Source of the DNA: Candidatus Margulisiibacteriota bacterium
Lineage (GTDB): Bacteria; Margulisbacteria; Marinamargulisbacteria; SXXA01; SICP01
NCBI GenBank assembly: GCA_009691415.1
Contig: SICP01000003.1
Location: forward strand, 12,442-76,441
DNA length: 64,000 nt
Reading direction: 5' to 3'
The notes beneath the pieces are model-generated. The model was not told where the DNA came from. It saw only the letters and a program-made list of their open reading frames with translations, and made no database searches. Position 1 is the stretch's first letter, and the number at the start of each line of letters is the position of its first letter. Position numbers and translations under genes: made by a program. Shown one piece after another: positions 12,544-21,658 of this stretch.

Positions 12544-13452
12544 TTAGGTCAAGACTATAAATAGAAATAAAAAAAATGCCCCCATCGTCCAAAATAACCC
12601 AACGACTTGGGTTTCGGACAACCCCAATAACTCAAAGTGATGGTGAAGCGGTGCCATAAGAAAAATACGTTTTTTTGTGAATTTAAAACTTATAACTTGA
12701 ATTATAACCGACAGGGTTTCGAGTATATAAATGGCCCCCAGAGGGATGAGTATTAATGGATTTTTCAAGACAATGGCCAGCGTCGCTAAGAAAGTGCCAA
12801 TAGCTAGGGATCCGGTGTCGCCCATAAATAGTTTGGCGGGGGATTTGTTGAATACTAAGAAAGCCCCTATCGCGATGATCATGCTGATGGGGAGCATGGC
12901 CAACTCTGTTAGGTTATGCTTGGCGATAAAGTAGCTAAAGCCGATTAATGATAGTATTCCGAGTCCTGACAGCAGGCCATCTAAACCATCTGTGAGATTG
13001 GTTGCATTGGGTGTAGCGATTAGCAAGAAATAAGCAAGTATGATGACGGGAATGGGTAGCGGTAGAATAATAAAGAATTGAAGAACGCTAAGGGACAGGA
13101 TTGCGAGTAGGTTTTGAAGTAAGAATTTATATTTGGCGGAGAGGCCTTTGTTTTTTCCGTAGACGGTAGCCAGCGTATCATCCAAGAATCCAATTAAGGC
13201 AGACGCAAGTGTTGTATAAAGGCACCAGAGACTTTCTGTTGAATATGAAAAAAAGAGACCACTAAGAAATAGGGTGATGATAATGCCTACGCCACCAAAC
13301 GAGGGAGTTTTTCTTTTTTTTTGATGGGTTGTGGGACTGAGTTCGTATATGGGGTGATAGGCGCGTTGTTTTTTTAGCCAGGAGAGAAGGGTTCGTTGAA
13401 CGAGAAGGCCGATAATAAAAAGCAGAATGTATTTAATGATGTTGCTTAACAT
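12544..13452 (-). CDS. mraY: phospho-N-acetylmuramoyl-pentapeptide transferase
   Basis: 302 aa membrane protein with NATNLTDGLDGL, MGDTGSLA and APLHHHFE motifs. Confidence 0.95.
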   Translation of the reverse strand: MLSNIIKYILLFIIGLLVQRTLLSWLKKQRAYHPIYELSPTTHQKKRKTPSFGGVGIIITLFLSGLFFSYSTESLWCLYTTLASALIGFLDDTLATVYGKNKGLSAKYKFLLQNLLAILSLSVLQFFIILPLPIPVIILAYFLLIATPNATNLTDGLDGLLSGLGILSLIGFSYFIAKHNLTELAMLPISMIIAIGAFLVFNKSPAKLFMGDTGSLAIGTFLATLAIVLKNPLILIPLGAIYILETLSVIIQVISFKFTKKRIFLMAPLHHHFELLGLSETQVVGLFWTMGAFFLFLFIVLT

Positions 13453-14560
13453 AGTCGACCGTTTCTTCCATTTTCATGCCGCGAGATCCTTTTACAAGAA
13501 GGATATCGCCTGATTTTAATTCGTCACACAGCTGTTTATTGAGGCTTTTTTTATCTAAGAAATGAGCTATTGAAATTTGATCCGAGTGCATTTTTTCACT
13601 TTCTTTCCCGTAGGTAAAGAGGCATGAGATTTCATTGTCGATTACATATTGGATTATTTTTTGATGTTCTGATTCCGAGTCTTTTCCAAGCTCTAGCATA
13701 TCCCCGAGGACTAAAATTTTCCGCCCTTTAAACCGTTTAATAAATTGTAAGGCATAAATCACGCCATCAGGGTTGGCATTATAGGTGTCATCAACCAGGG
13801 TGATGTTATTCGATAGCTTGTAAATACGTAGTCGGTGATGGGAGGGTTGATATTCAGCCAGTCCTTGCGAAATTTCCTCATCGGATATGCCAAAATGTCG
13901 GCCAATGGTGTAACAGAGATTAACGTTGGCATCTACTTTGTCCTGGCCTTTGAAGGGGAAGAGTTGAAACCCTTGTTTTTCTGCTTTCTTTTTTAGAAGA
14001 CTATAGTAGGGGGTGTTGTAGTTGAGAAATGCGTATCTTGGGTGATGTTCCCATTGTTGTTTTGGGCAAAATATTTCGGCTTTTGCGTTGGCAATGTTGC
14101 GCTGTGTTTTGAGTAGTTCTAGGTGAGTCATGCCGATACTGGTAATCACCACGTGGGTGGGGCGAACAATTTGTGCCAGGTATTTAATTTCACCTTTCTT
14201 TCTCATGCCCATTTCTACGATTAGAATATCGGTGGTGTCGTCTGCGCGAAGCAAGGTTAGGGGGGTGCCTATTTCGTTGTTTTCATTTTCGAGGGTTCGG
14301 GCCACATTAAATTTTTGTTTTAAGATGTAATAAAGCATATCTTTAATCGTTGTTTTTCCGGCCGAGCCCGTTACTCCAATAACTTGGCAGCGGAGTTTTT
14401 TGCGATATTTTTTGGCATAGGAAGGAAGGTCTACATCTAATATTCTTGCGCCTTTTTTAAGCGCTTCGGGTATAAATTCTTTCCCGTCAAAATGAGGCCC
14501 CCGTATAGGGATAAACCATTGGCCTTTTTTGAGTGTGCGGGTATCGCTACTAATATCCAT
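13433..14560 (-). CDS. murF: UDP-N-acetylmuramoyl-tripeptide--D-alanyl-D-alanine ligase
   Basis: 375 aa. P-loop GVTGSAGKTT and DTYNANP motif. In the dcw position between murE and mraY. Shorter than typical MurF at the N-terminus. Confidence 0.9.
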   Translation of the reverse strand: MDISSDTRTLKKGQWFIPIRGPHFDGKEFIPEALKKGARILDVDLPSYAKKYRKKLRCQVIGVTGSAGKTTIKDMLYYILKQKFNVARTLENENNEIGTPLTLLRADDTTDILIVEMGMRKKGEIKYLAQIVRPTHVVITSIGMTHLELLKTQRNIANAKAEIFCPKQQWEHHPRYAFLNYNTPYYSLLKKKAEKQGFQLFPFKGQDKVDANVNLCYTIGRHFGISDEEISQGLAEYQPSHHRLRIYKLSNNITLVDDTYNANPDGVIYALQFIKRFKGRKILVLGDMLELGKDSESEHQKIIQYVIDNEISCLFTYGKESEKMHSDQISIAHFLDKKSLNKQLCDELKSGDILLVKGSRGMKMEETVDYVKQHH

Positions 14561-14565
14561 TTAAT

Positions 14566-15804
14566 TCAACTTTTTCTTTTTAATTTGAGTGCGTTTCGGA
14601 CTTCTTCTCTATCGTCAAACGGAAGTGTTTTTCCGTTTATAATTTGGTGGGTCTCATGGCCCTTACCTGCAATCATCACGATGTCTGAGTCTTGGGCTAA
14701 ATTGATTATATGCTGAATGGCTTGTTTGCGATCCAAAATAACTTCGCAAGGTATTTTTGTCTGAGGTATACCGGCTAGGATTTCTTCAATAATTTTTGCG
14801 GGGTCTTCCGATCTTGGATTGTCTTGGGTGATAACGATATGGTCTGCATAGTGATGTGCAATAGTGCCCATTTTGGGACGTTTTGTTCGGTCTCTTTCTC
14901 CGCCACACCCAAATAGCACCCGAACTTTTCCGTGTGTTTTTGTAGCGAGGACTTGCGCTTCTTGCAATACATTTTTTAGGCCATCGGGGGTGTGCGCATA
15001 GTCAACAATCACTTTAAATCCTTGGCCTTCGTCAATGGTTTCAAAACGGCCTGGAGGAGGGGTTGCATTCGATAGAGTATCTTGAATTTGCGCTTCATTG
15101 AGTCCACACGCTTTTAAAATTTGAACGGCGGCTTGCATATTTTTATAATTAAATGCGCCTGACAAAGGTGAGGCGAAACGGAGCGGCACCCGTTCTGTTG
15201 TTTCAGGTAAAAATCGATTGGGGTTGTTGTCATTCATAAAAGATAATTTTGTTTGAGAATAGGCCTCGAATGTTTTGTGGTAGTCCAAATGATCTTGTGT
15301 GATATTGGTGAGTAATTTTGTGTGAAAGATGATGCCTGAGATGCGATCTTGTGCGATGGCATGTGAAGACACCTCCATAATGAAATGCGTCCCTTTATTT
15401 TGAAGATGTTCTGACATGGCGCGAATCGTATCGAGTGATTCCGGCGTAGTTAATTTGCCGGTAAGCGTCCCTTGTACGTAGGGATTAAATCCTGCTTTTT
15501 TTAGAGCTTGTCCCACGAGATGTGCCACGGTTGTTTTGCCATTGGTTCCGGTAATGCCTATGACGCATAGCTTTTGGGACGGATTGTCGTAATAGGCATT
15601 GGCTAATTCAGCCATTTTTTTACGGTCTGCCTTTATATAGGAGGCGGCTCCTTTTTCAAGCGCCCCAGGAATATATTTCTCCCCCCCAGGAAGAGAGATA
15701 TAAATATCAGAGGGCTTAATTTGTCTCGAATCGTATTGGTACATAGTGGCCGAAATTATATCAGCAAGGGTATTTTTTTTGTACTTGAGTTGTTTTTCGA
15801 TCAT
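14566..15804 (-). CDS. murE: UDP-N-acetylmuramoyl-L-alanyl-D-glutamate--2,6-diaminopimelate (or L-lysine) ligase
   Basis: 412 aa. GITGTNGKTT, VDYAHTPD and ITQDNPRSEDP motifs. First gene of the minus-strand dcw half. Confidence 0.9.
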   Translation of the reverse strand: MIEKQLKYKKNTLADIISATMYQYDSRQIKPSDIYISLPGGEKYIPGALEKGAASYIKADRKKMAELANAYYDNPSQKLCVIGITGTNGKTTVAHLVGQALKKAGFNPYVQGTLTGKLTTPESLDTIRAMSEHLQNKGTHFIMEVSSHAIAQDRISGIIFHTKLLTNITQDHLDYHKTFEAYSQTKLSFMNDNNPNRFLPETTERVPLRFASPLSGAFNYKNMQAAVQILKACGLNEAQIQDTLSNATPPPGRFETIDEGQGFKVIVDYAHTPDGLKNVLQEAQVLATKTHGKVRVLFGCGGERDRTKRPKMGTIAHHYADHIVITQDNPRSEDPAKIIEEILAGIPQTKIPCEVILDRKQAIQHIINLAQDSDIVMIAGKGHETHQIINGKTLPFDDREEVRNALKLKRKS

Positions 15805-15826
15805 TTTTGAAGTTTAATTACCTATA

Positions 15827-16579
15827 ATGAGTAAAGTGCGCACGGGTAGAGAATTATTGGTTTTGTCCTATTGTGAAACGAGAGATCCTGCATTGTGCGA
15901 TGGGATCTTGATTGAATACAAATGGCTGGTCGATTATATTGCGCGAAAGTTTGCTTATAATCGAAGTGATACCGAAGATTTAATGCAGGTTGGTACTATA
16001 GGATTATTAAATTCTTTGAATCGGTTTGATCCTTCTAAAGATGTTGATTTTTCTACGTTTGCCACACCAAATATTATTGGGGAAATTAAGCATTTTTTTC
16101 GGGATAAAAACCGCATCATTAAAATTCCCCGTAAAATTCAGGAATTGGGGGGTAAGGTAAGAGCCTATATTCGGGCCTGTCCAGGGGATGGACGCTCTCC
16201 CACTGTTTCTGAAATTGCATTGGCTTTAGATGAAACCGAAGAGCATGTTTTGGAATCTATGGAGGTTTCGCAAGTTACCTTAGTGGTTTCATTAGATTCG
16301 CCTGCGTATAAATCGGGTTCTTTTGAAGATACAAATTCTACTTTACTGGATAATTTAGGTGTTGCCAGCACGTCGGATGCGGTTTTAATTAAAGAAACTT
16401 TGGATCAAGCGCTTACCAAGTTGTCTCAGCGCGAACAAGATGTGATTCATCTTCGTTTTTTTTGTGGCCTTTCTCAAGTAGAGATTGGGCACAGGTTAAA
16501 CTTGTCGCAAATGCATATTTCTAGATTGCTCACAAAATCGTTGCATCATTTAAAAAAATTGCTTGCTGAGTATGTGTAA
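15827..16579 (+). CDS. RNA polymerase sigma factor, group 3 (SigB/SigF/SigG-like)
   Basis: 250 aa. Region 2 (DLMQVGTIGLLNSLNRFD, FSTFATPNIIGEIKHFFRD) and region 4 HTH (LSQVEIGHRLNLSQMHISRL). Divergent from murE. Confidence 0.85.
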   Translation: MSKVRTGRELLVLSYCETRDPALCDGILIEYKWLVDYIARKFAYNRSDTEDLMQVGTIGLLNSLNRFDPSKDVDFSTFATPNIIGEIKHFFRDKNRIIKIPRKIQELGGKVRAYIRACPGDGRSPTVSEIALALDETEEHVLESMEVSQVTLVVSLDSPAYKSGSFEDTNSTLLDNLGVASTSDAVLIKETLDQALTKLSQREQDVIHLRFFCGLSQVEIGHRLNLSQMHISRLLTKSLHHLKKLLAEYV

Positions 16580-16605
16580 GTTTTAGGGTGGAGTGAGATT
16601 AAGAA

Positions 16606-17571
16606 ATGAGCACAATATATAGAGCTGAGATAGAAGAAAAAATACCGCATCGTTATGAAAATTTATTGCTTGATTCTGTAACACGCGTAGACAATGGCGC
16701 TGTATTATCTGGCGAGTTTTCTTTACAGCTTTCAGTAGGTGACGACTTGGGGCGCGATCTTTTTTTGAAACAAAAAACACGTACGCTTAAAACATTAATT
16801 ACCCCTGTTATTATGGAAATCTTGGCCCTGGGTTCTATCGTTTCTTGTGGTGGGGTTCCCCACGATTGTTTTTTATTTTATACCGGCATTAAAGATTTTA
16901 TTTTTTGTAGAGATTTTGAGGCTGGGGATAAAATTACTGGAAAAGTTGTTCAGCGCGGCATTAAATCTGGCTTTTACCAATATAGGGGGGAAATGCTTTC
17001 GTCTTCCGGAGACCTTATTGCGTCTGGAGATATGACTGCTTTTTTAATTAAAAAATCTGACTTCGTTCAACCGCAAAGACCTGAAACAACTACTCAGCCT
17101 CCACTAAAAAGTTGCTTTATCCCATTAGTTAAGTCCCCTCAGCTCAAAGATCTTTCGTTATATGCGATTGATACCCTCGTTCATGTAGAAGACGACTTAA
17201 GCTCTCTTACTTGTATGTATACCTATCCCACCACCCACAGGCTGATACGCGGCCATTTCCCCGACTATGCCGTTATGATGGGTGTAATGCAAATGATGAG
17301 CATTGAAGATGCAGGACTTGCTTTATCACAGTATCTTTATAAGAAAAAAAACAAGTCTGGTATTTATTCTGTGACCTGTAATGCTGCGATTTATGATGCA
17401 TTGGGTGTTCTTGTATCTGACATACGAAACTGTACACTTCGTGTTTATTCTCACGATTCTGAATATGTGAATCAAGTAGAGATGGTGAGTGCTGGGCGTG
17501 TGAGTTTTAAGAAAGGGGTTCGTCCAGGAGATACGATTTATACGTGTCTATCTGCTATTAATTTTTTATGA
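16606..17571 (+). CDS. tandem (double) hotdog-fold FabZ/FabA-like dehydratase-like protein
   Basis: 321 aa. The N-terminal half carries the FabZ entry motif IPHRYENLLLDSV but has no His at the GHFP position. The C-terminal half carries RGHFPDYAVMMGVMQMMSIEDAG (GHFP active-site motif). Its stop overlaps the ruvC start (ATGA). Confidence 0.6.
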   Translation: MSTIYRAEIEEKIPHRYENLLLDSVTRVDNGAVLSGEFSLQLSVGDDLGRDLFLKQKTRTLKTLITPVIMEILALGSIVSCGGVPHDCFLFYTGIKDFIFCRDFEAGDKITGKVVQRGIKSGFYQYRGEMLSSSGDLIASGDMTAFLIKKSDFVQPQRPETTTQPPLKSCFIPLVKSPQLKDLSLYAIDTLVHVEDDLSSLTCMYTYPTTHRLIRGHFPDYAVMMGVMQMMSIEDAGLALSQYLYKKKNKSGIYSVTCNAAIYDALGVLVSDIRNCTLRVYSHDSEYVNQVEMVSAGRVSFKKGVRPGDTIYTCLSAINFL

Positions 17572-18050
17572 TTATTTTGGGTATAGATCCCGGCATCGCT
17601 ATCACGGGTGTAGGCGTCATAGAAAAGATTGGCTCTAAGCATAAACTTCTGCATTATGGTGCAATTGTTACTGCACCTGACTTATCTTTTCCAGATCGAT
17701 TGTTTGACCTCTCAAAAGAGCTTCGCTCCACTATTGAGACCTACTCTCCAGACGCTGTAGCGGTTGAAGAATTATTTTTTAATACCAATGTTAAAACGGC
17801 CCTTACAGTGGGCCAAGCTCGGGGCGTTATTATTCTGACTGTTAAACAAATGGGGATTAATGCAGTTGGCTATACGCCGCTTCAGGTCAAAATGGCTGTT
17901 TGTGGATACGGTCGGGCTGAAAAAAAACAGGTGCAATATATGGTACAAAAACTTCTTAATTTATCGGTGATCCCTAAGCCAGATGATGCCGCCGATGCAC
18001 TGGCTATTGCGATTTGTCATAGCCATTCTTATCAACCGTTTGGGAGGTAA
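17568..18050 (+). CDS. ruvC: crossover junction endodeoxyribonuclease RuvC
   Basis: 160 aa. ILGIDPG and DDAADALAIAICH motifs. Confidence 0.95.
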   Translation: MIILGIDPGIAITGVGVIEKIGSKHKLLHYGAIVTAPDLSFPDRLFDLSKELRSTIETYSPDAVAVEELFFNTNVKTALTVGQARGVIILTVKQMGINAVGYTPLQVKMAVCGYGRAEKKQVQYMVQKLLNLSVIPKPDDAADALAIAICHSHSYQPFGR

Positions 18051-18056
18051 CTACTT

Positions 18057-18659
18057 ATGATTTTTTCTGTATCTGGTCGATTAAAAGGGGTGTTTGAGGG
18101 GTATGTAGTTGTTGAAGCGGCTGGCGTTGGTTATGAGATTTTCATTCCGTCTTCGATCATTGAAACATTGCCCGCGCTTGAAAAAGAAGTTTTGATTTAT
18201 ACCTTTCACTATATTCGTGAGGATCAACAATTGCTATTTGGTTTTTTGTCTCCAGAAGATAAACGTTTTTTCATTCTATTAACTTCTATTTCAGGGATTG
18301 GCCCAAAAGTTGGGCTAAAGGTCTTGTCCACGTTGTCTTCAGATGATGTTATCCGTGCCATTTTACAAGAAAACATCTCGCTTCTGACGAGTGTGCCTGG
18401 TATCGGCAAGAAAGTTGCTGAACGTCTTATTATAGAGTTGAAAGATAAAGTCCCCAAACTTTCCGTGTCAGATATTTCTTTATCTTCACTTGGGAATTCC
18501 ACAAAAATTATTATTTCCGACGATCTGATTCTTGCGCTTAAAACTTTGGGCTATCACCCTGATGAAATTAAACGCGCTATATCTGCCGCTTCGCATCAAC
18601 TATCAAATCAGCTAGATGTCGGCGCTTCCATTAAAATTGTATTAAGGTATCTTTCTTAA
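18057..18659 (+). CDS. ruvA: Holliday junction branch migration complex subunit RuvA
   Basis: 200 aa. OB-fold N-terminus and two HhH motifs (ISGIGPKVG, VPGIGKKVAERL). No ruvB follows. Confidence 0.93.
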   Translation: MIFSVSGRLKGVFEGYVVVEAAGVGYEIFIPSSIIETLPALEKEVLIYTFHYIREDQQLLFGFLSPEDKRFFILLTSISGIGPKVGLKVLSTLSSDDVIRAILQENISLLTSVPGIGKKVAERLIIELKDKVPKLSVSDISLSSLGNSTKIIISDDLILALKTLGYHPDEIKRAISAASHQLSNQLDVGASIKIVLRYLS

Positions 18660-18732
18660 ATATACTTTTGTTTTCTTGAAAAAATTTATAAAACTGATAT
18701 AGTAAGTTCCTCCTTTTTTTACTTTTTTAGTT

Positions 18733-18885
18733 TTATCCCCATGTGTTAACAAAGTTGTGGATAACTTTGTGGACAGAATATTATTTTTTAAAAATTCCCC
18801 CTTAACACATTATTTTAAACCTTTATTTCATGCTCAGACCTACTCTTTTAAGTTAAAAATTAAAAAAACACAGCCTTGCGGATAA
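18733..18885. promoter_or_regulatory. DnaA-box cluster upstream of dnaA (candidate oriC part 1 / dnaA promoter region)
   Basis: TTATCCCCA at 18733 (8/9), TGTGGATAA at 18756 (9/9, reverse orientation), TGTGGACAG at 18768 (7/9) and TGCGGATAA at 18877 (8/9). AT-rich tracts at 18781-18796 and 18851-18870. Confidence 0.6.
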
Positions 18886-18916
18886 CTTGTTAATAACTCT
18901 GGGGATTAAAGTTAAA

Positions 18917-20257
18917 ATGAACGATATTTGGAACGAAATTACACTCTGCCTACAACAAAATTTATCTGATTCAGGATTTCAAACATTTTTATCTTCCGCT
19001 AAAGCTATTTCGTATAATAATAATGTTCTAAATTTAGAGACCCCTAATCTTTTTTCTAGAAATTGGATTAAAGAAAAGTGTGAGCCTATTTTAAAAGAAT
19101 CTTTTTTAAATACCCCTTATAACCCATTAATGATTTCCTATATTTTATCTTCAGAGACGTCATTAAATGAAGGGGTGTCGCAATTGGATATTTTTTCTAA
19201 ACCGTCTTCTAATTTTACTGAAAAAGGTCAGGATTCTTTTAATCCGAAATACACTTTTGATCATTTTATTGTGGGTCACAATAATCGTTTTGCGTATGCT
19301 GCGTCTGAAGCTGTAGCCAAGGCCCCCTATAAGGCTTATAACCCTTTATTTATTTATGGATCTGTAGGTCTTGGTAAAACTCATTTATTGCATTCAATAG
19401 GTACAGGGATAAGAACTTTACATCCACATCTTACGATTAAATTGGTCTCTTCTGAAAAATTTACAAATGAGTTAATTAATTCTATTAAAGATAAGCAGGT
19501 TAATTCTTTTAGAAATAGATATAGAAATGTAGATGTGCTTTTGATTGATGATATTCAATTTTTAGCTGGAAAAGAACAAACTCAAGAAGAGTTTTTTCAT
19601 ACATTTAATGAATTACACGGGAGTAATAAACAAATTGTTATTGCTTCTGATAGACCTCCTAAAGAAATCCCCACTTTAGAGCTTCGTTTAAGAACGCGTT
19701 TTGAATGGGGTCTTATTGCCGATATCCAGGCACCTGAATTTGAAACACGTATTGCTATTTTGCGTAAAAAAACTGAGTTACATTCTTTTAAAATCTCGGA
19801 TGATATTTTGCATTATATTGCAACACAAATTCCTAATAACGTTCGTGAAATGGAAGGGGCTTTAACACGCATTGTGGCCTATGCCTCTCTTCTAAATACA
19901 GAAGTTACCCTTTCAATTGCCAGTAATGTTATTCGAGATATGGTTGGAATTAAGCAAGAAAACCCGTTATCCATTTCGTTTATCAAACAAAAAATTTGTG
20001 ACTATTTTAAATTAACAGAGGCAGAACTTTCATCTAAGAATCGTACACGTGAGCTATCGTATGCACGCCAGCTTGCGATGTATTTATCTCGGGAATTAAC
20101 CAATGTTTCTTTACCCCGTATTGGTGAGAATTTTGGAAATAGAGACCACTCAACTGTTATGCACGCTTGTGATAAAATCAAAACTTTGATGGTTTCTGAT
20201 AATGATACGAAAAATATTATTAATATTTTGCTGTCTAATATTAAAAATGATGAGTGA
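18917..20257 (+). CDS. dnaA: chromosomal replication initiator protein DnaA
   Basis: AAA+ Walker A GSVGLGKTHLL, IDDIQFLAGKE and C-terminal DNA-binding motif RDHSTVMHA. The ATG at 18917 (MNDIWNEI..) is preferred over the upstream TTG at 18887. Confidence 0.97.
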   Translation: MNDIWNEITLCLQQNLSDSGFQTFLSSAKAISYNNNVLNLETPNLFSRNWIKEKCEPILKESFLNTPYNPLMISYILSSETSLNEGVSQLDIFSKPSSNFTEKGQDSFNPKYTFDHFIVGHNNRFAYAASEAVAKAPYKAYNPLFIYGSVGLGKTHLLHSIGTGIRTLHPHLTIKLVSSEKFTNELINSIKDKQVNSFRNRYRNVDVLLIDDIQFLAGKEQTQEEFFHTFNELHGSNKQIVIASDRPPKEIPTLELRLRTRFEWGLIADIQAPEFETRIAILRKKTELHSFKISDDILHYIATQIPNNVREMEGALTRIVAYASLLNTEVTLSIASNVIRDMVGIKQENPLSISFIKQKICDYFKLTEAELSSKNRTRELSYARQLAMYLSRELTNVSLPRIGENFGNRDHSTVMHACDKIKTLMVSDNDTKNIINILLSNIKNDE

Positions 20258-20266
20258 CTTGACGGC

Positions 20267-20468
20267 TGTGGATAAGTTGATGGAAAATTGTTAGTAAATG
20301 TGGGTAAGTTAAAGTTGTTAGTAAATATCAAGACTTTATACACAGGGATATAGGTTAAGAAAACGTTATGGGTACCCTAAAAAGAGGAAACAATCCAGAT
20401 ATCCACAGCTACTACTACTACTAGCTTTATAAATATAAAATAATAATCTTTCAATTGAGTGTGGATAA
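20267..20468. promoter_or_regulatory. DnaA-box cluster between dnaA and dnaN (candidate oriC part 2)
   Basis: TGTGGATAA at 20267 (9/9), TGTGGGTAA at 20299 (8/9), ATATCCACA at 20399 (8/9) and TGTGGATAA at 20460 (9/9). A 12-bp direct repeat TTGTTAGTAAAT occurs at 20288 and 20315. The tail at 20425-20455 is AT-rich. Confidence 0.6.
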
Positions 20469-20482
20469 AAGGAAAATTTAAT

Positions 20483-21640
20483 ATGAAATTTATTTGTAAT
20501 AGTAATGAATTGATGAAACGTTTGAGTATTGTAGAAAAGGCTATTTCTTCTAGATCTTCTTTACCGGTTTTAGAAAATGTTTATTTTGAATTGGAAAATT
20601 CAGTTTTGACATTAAGAGGCCATGATTTGGAATTAGGTATTGAAACAACGATGCCTGTTCAAGATGGTGTTAATGGTAAATGTTTAATTAAGGCAAAAAC
20701 GGTTTCTAGTATTGTGGCTAAATTTCAAAATCAAACGTTGGTTTTTGAAGAAGACGGCCAAATGGTGAAAATTACTGCAGACAATCGTGTTGACTTTAAT
20801 ATTTTAGGGTCGCTTTCTAATGAGTATCCTGTGTTTCCTGGTTTAGAAGATGGGGTGAAAGTTAGCTTGTCTGTTGATGATATTAAGCAGTTAATTCAGC
20901 ATACTATTTTTGCGGTTTCTTCAGATGAAACGAAGCATTTTTTGAATGGTATTTTGGTTAAAAATGAAGGGGAAGATTTGGTTTTTGTGGCAACAGATGG
21001 CTATCGTTTGTCGTTGAGAAAACATAAATTCGCTTCGATAGGATCTTCTTTTTCAGTCATTATTCCGTATAAGGCGATGAATGAGTGTTTAAAAGTGTTA
21101 CAACAAGCCAAATTAGATGATGTTTTTGAGATGACGTTGTCTGAGAATCAGGTTTCATTTCAGTTGAAAGATGTTTTGTTTGTTTCTCGTGTAATTCAAG
21201 GTCAGTTTCCTGATTATAACCAAGTACTTCCAAAAGAAACGTTGAATAGTTTTTCTGTTTCTAGACGGGCTTTTTTGGATGCCTGTGAACGGGCTTCTAT
21301 TATTGCATTTTCTTCGAATAATGTGATTCGTTTGGTTTTTTCAGACGACCATTTAACGATTCATGCGAATGCGCCAATGGGAGAATTTAAAGAATCAATT
21401 CAACTTTCTCGTTTGGGTGGATCTGGGGATGCACGAATTGCGTTTAATGTTCGGTTGATTTTAGATTCAATTAAAAATTTAGAAATGGATGATTTGAAAA
21501 TTTCATTTAACAATGAGTTGAGTCCTTGTATTGTTCAGCCTGTTTCAGATTTGGATTATACGTATATTATTATGCCTATTCGTACGAGTGAGTATCAGGC
21601 TAGAGAAGTAGAAGTTGAGGCATCGGTTACGGCATCTTAA
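20483..21640 (+). CDS. dnaN: DNA polymerase III beta sliding clamp
   Basis: Three-domain clamp-like sequence beginning MKFICNSNEL. The ATG at 20483 with AAGGA upstream is preferred over the GTG at 20459, which lies inside a DnaA box. Confidence 0.95.
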   Translation: MKFICNSNELMKRLSIVEKAISSRSSLPVLENVYFELENSVLTLRGHDLELGIETTMPVQDGVNGKCLIKAKTVSSIVAKFQNQTLVFEEDGQMVKITADNRVDFNILGSLSNEYPVFPGLEDGVKVSLSVDDIKQLIQHTIFAVSSDETKHFLNGILVKNEGEDLVFVATDGYRLSLRKHKFASIGSSFSVIIPYKAMNECLKVLQQAKLDDVFEMTLSENQVSFQLKDVLFVSRVIQGQFPDYNQVLPKETLNSFSVSRRAFLDACERASIIAFSSNNVIRLVFSDDHLTIHANAPMGEFKESIQLSRLGGSGDARIAFNVRLILDSIKNLEMDDLKISFNNELSPCIVQPVSDLDYTYIIMPIRTSEYQAREVEVEASVTAS

Positions 21641-21658
21641 TTATTTTTTTGTTTTAAA

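Noticed and set aside
20409-20423. (CTA)x5 microsatellite in the dnaA-dnaN spacer
   Set aside because: It is short and lies in a generally low-complexity AT-rich origin-type region. I cannot attach a function to it. It is mentioned only as part of the oriC candidate.
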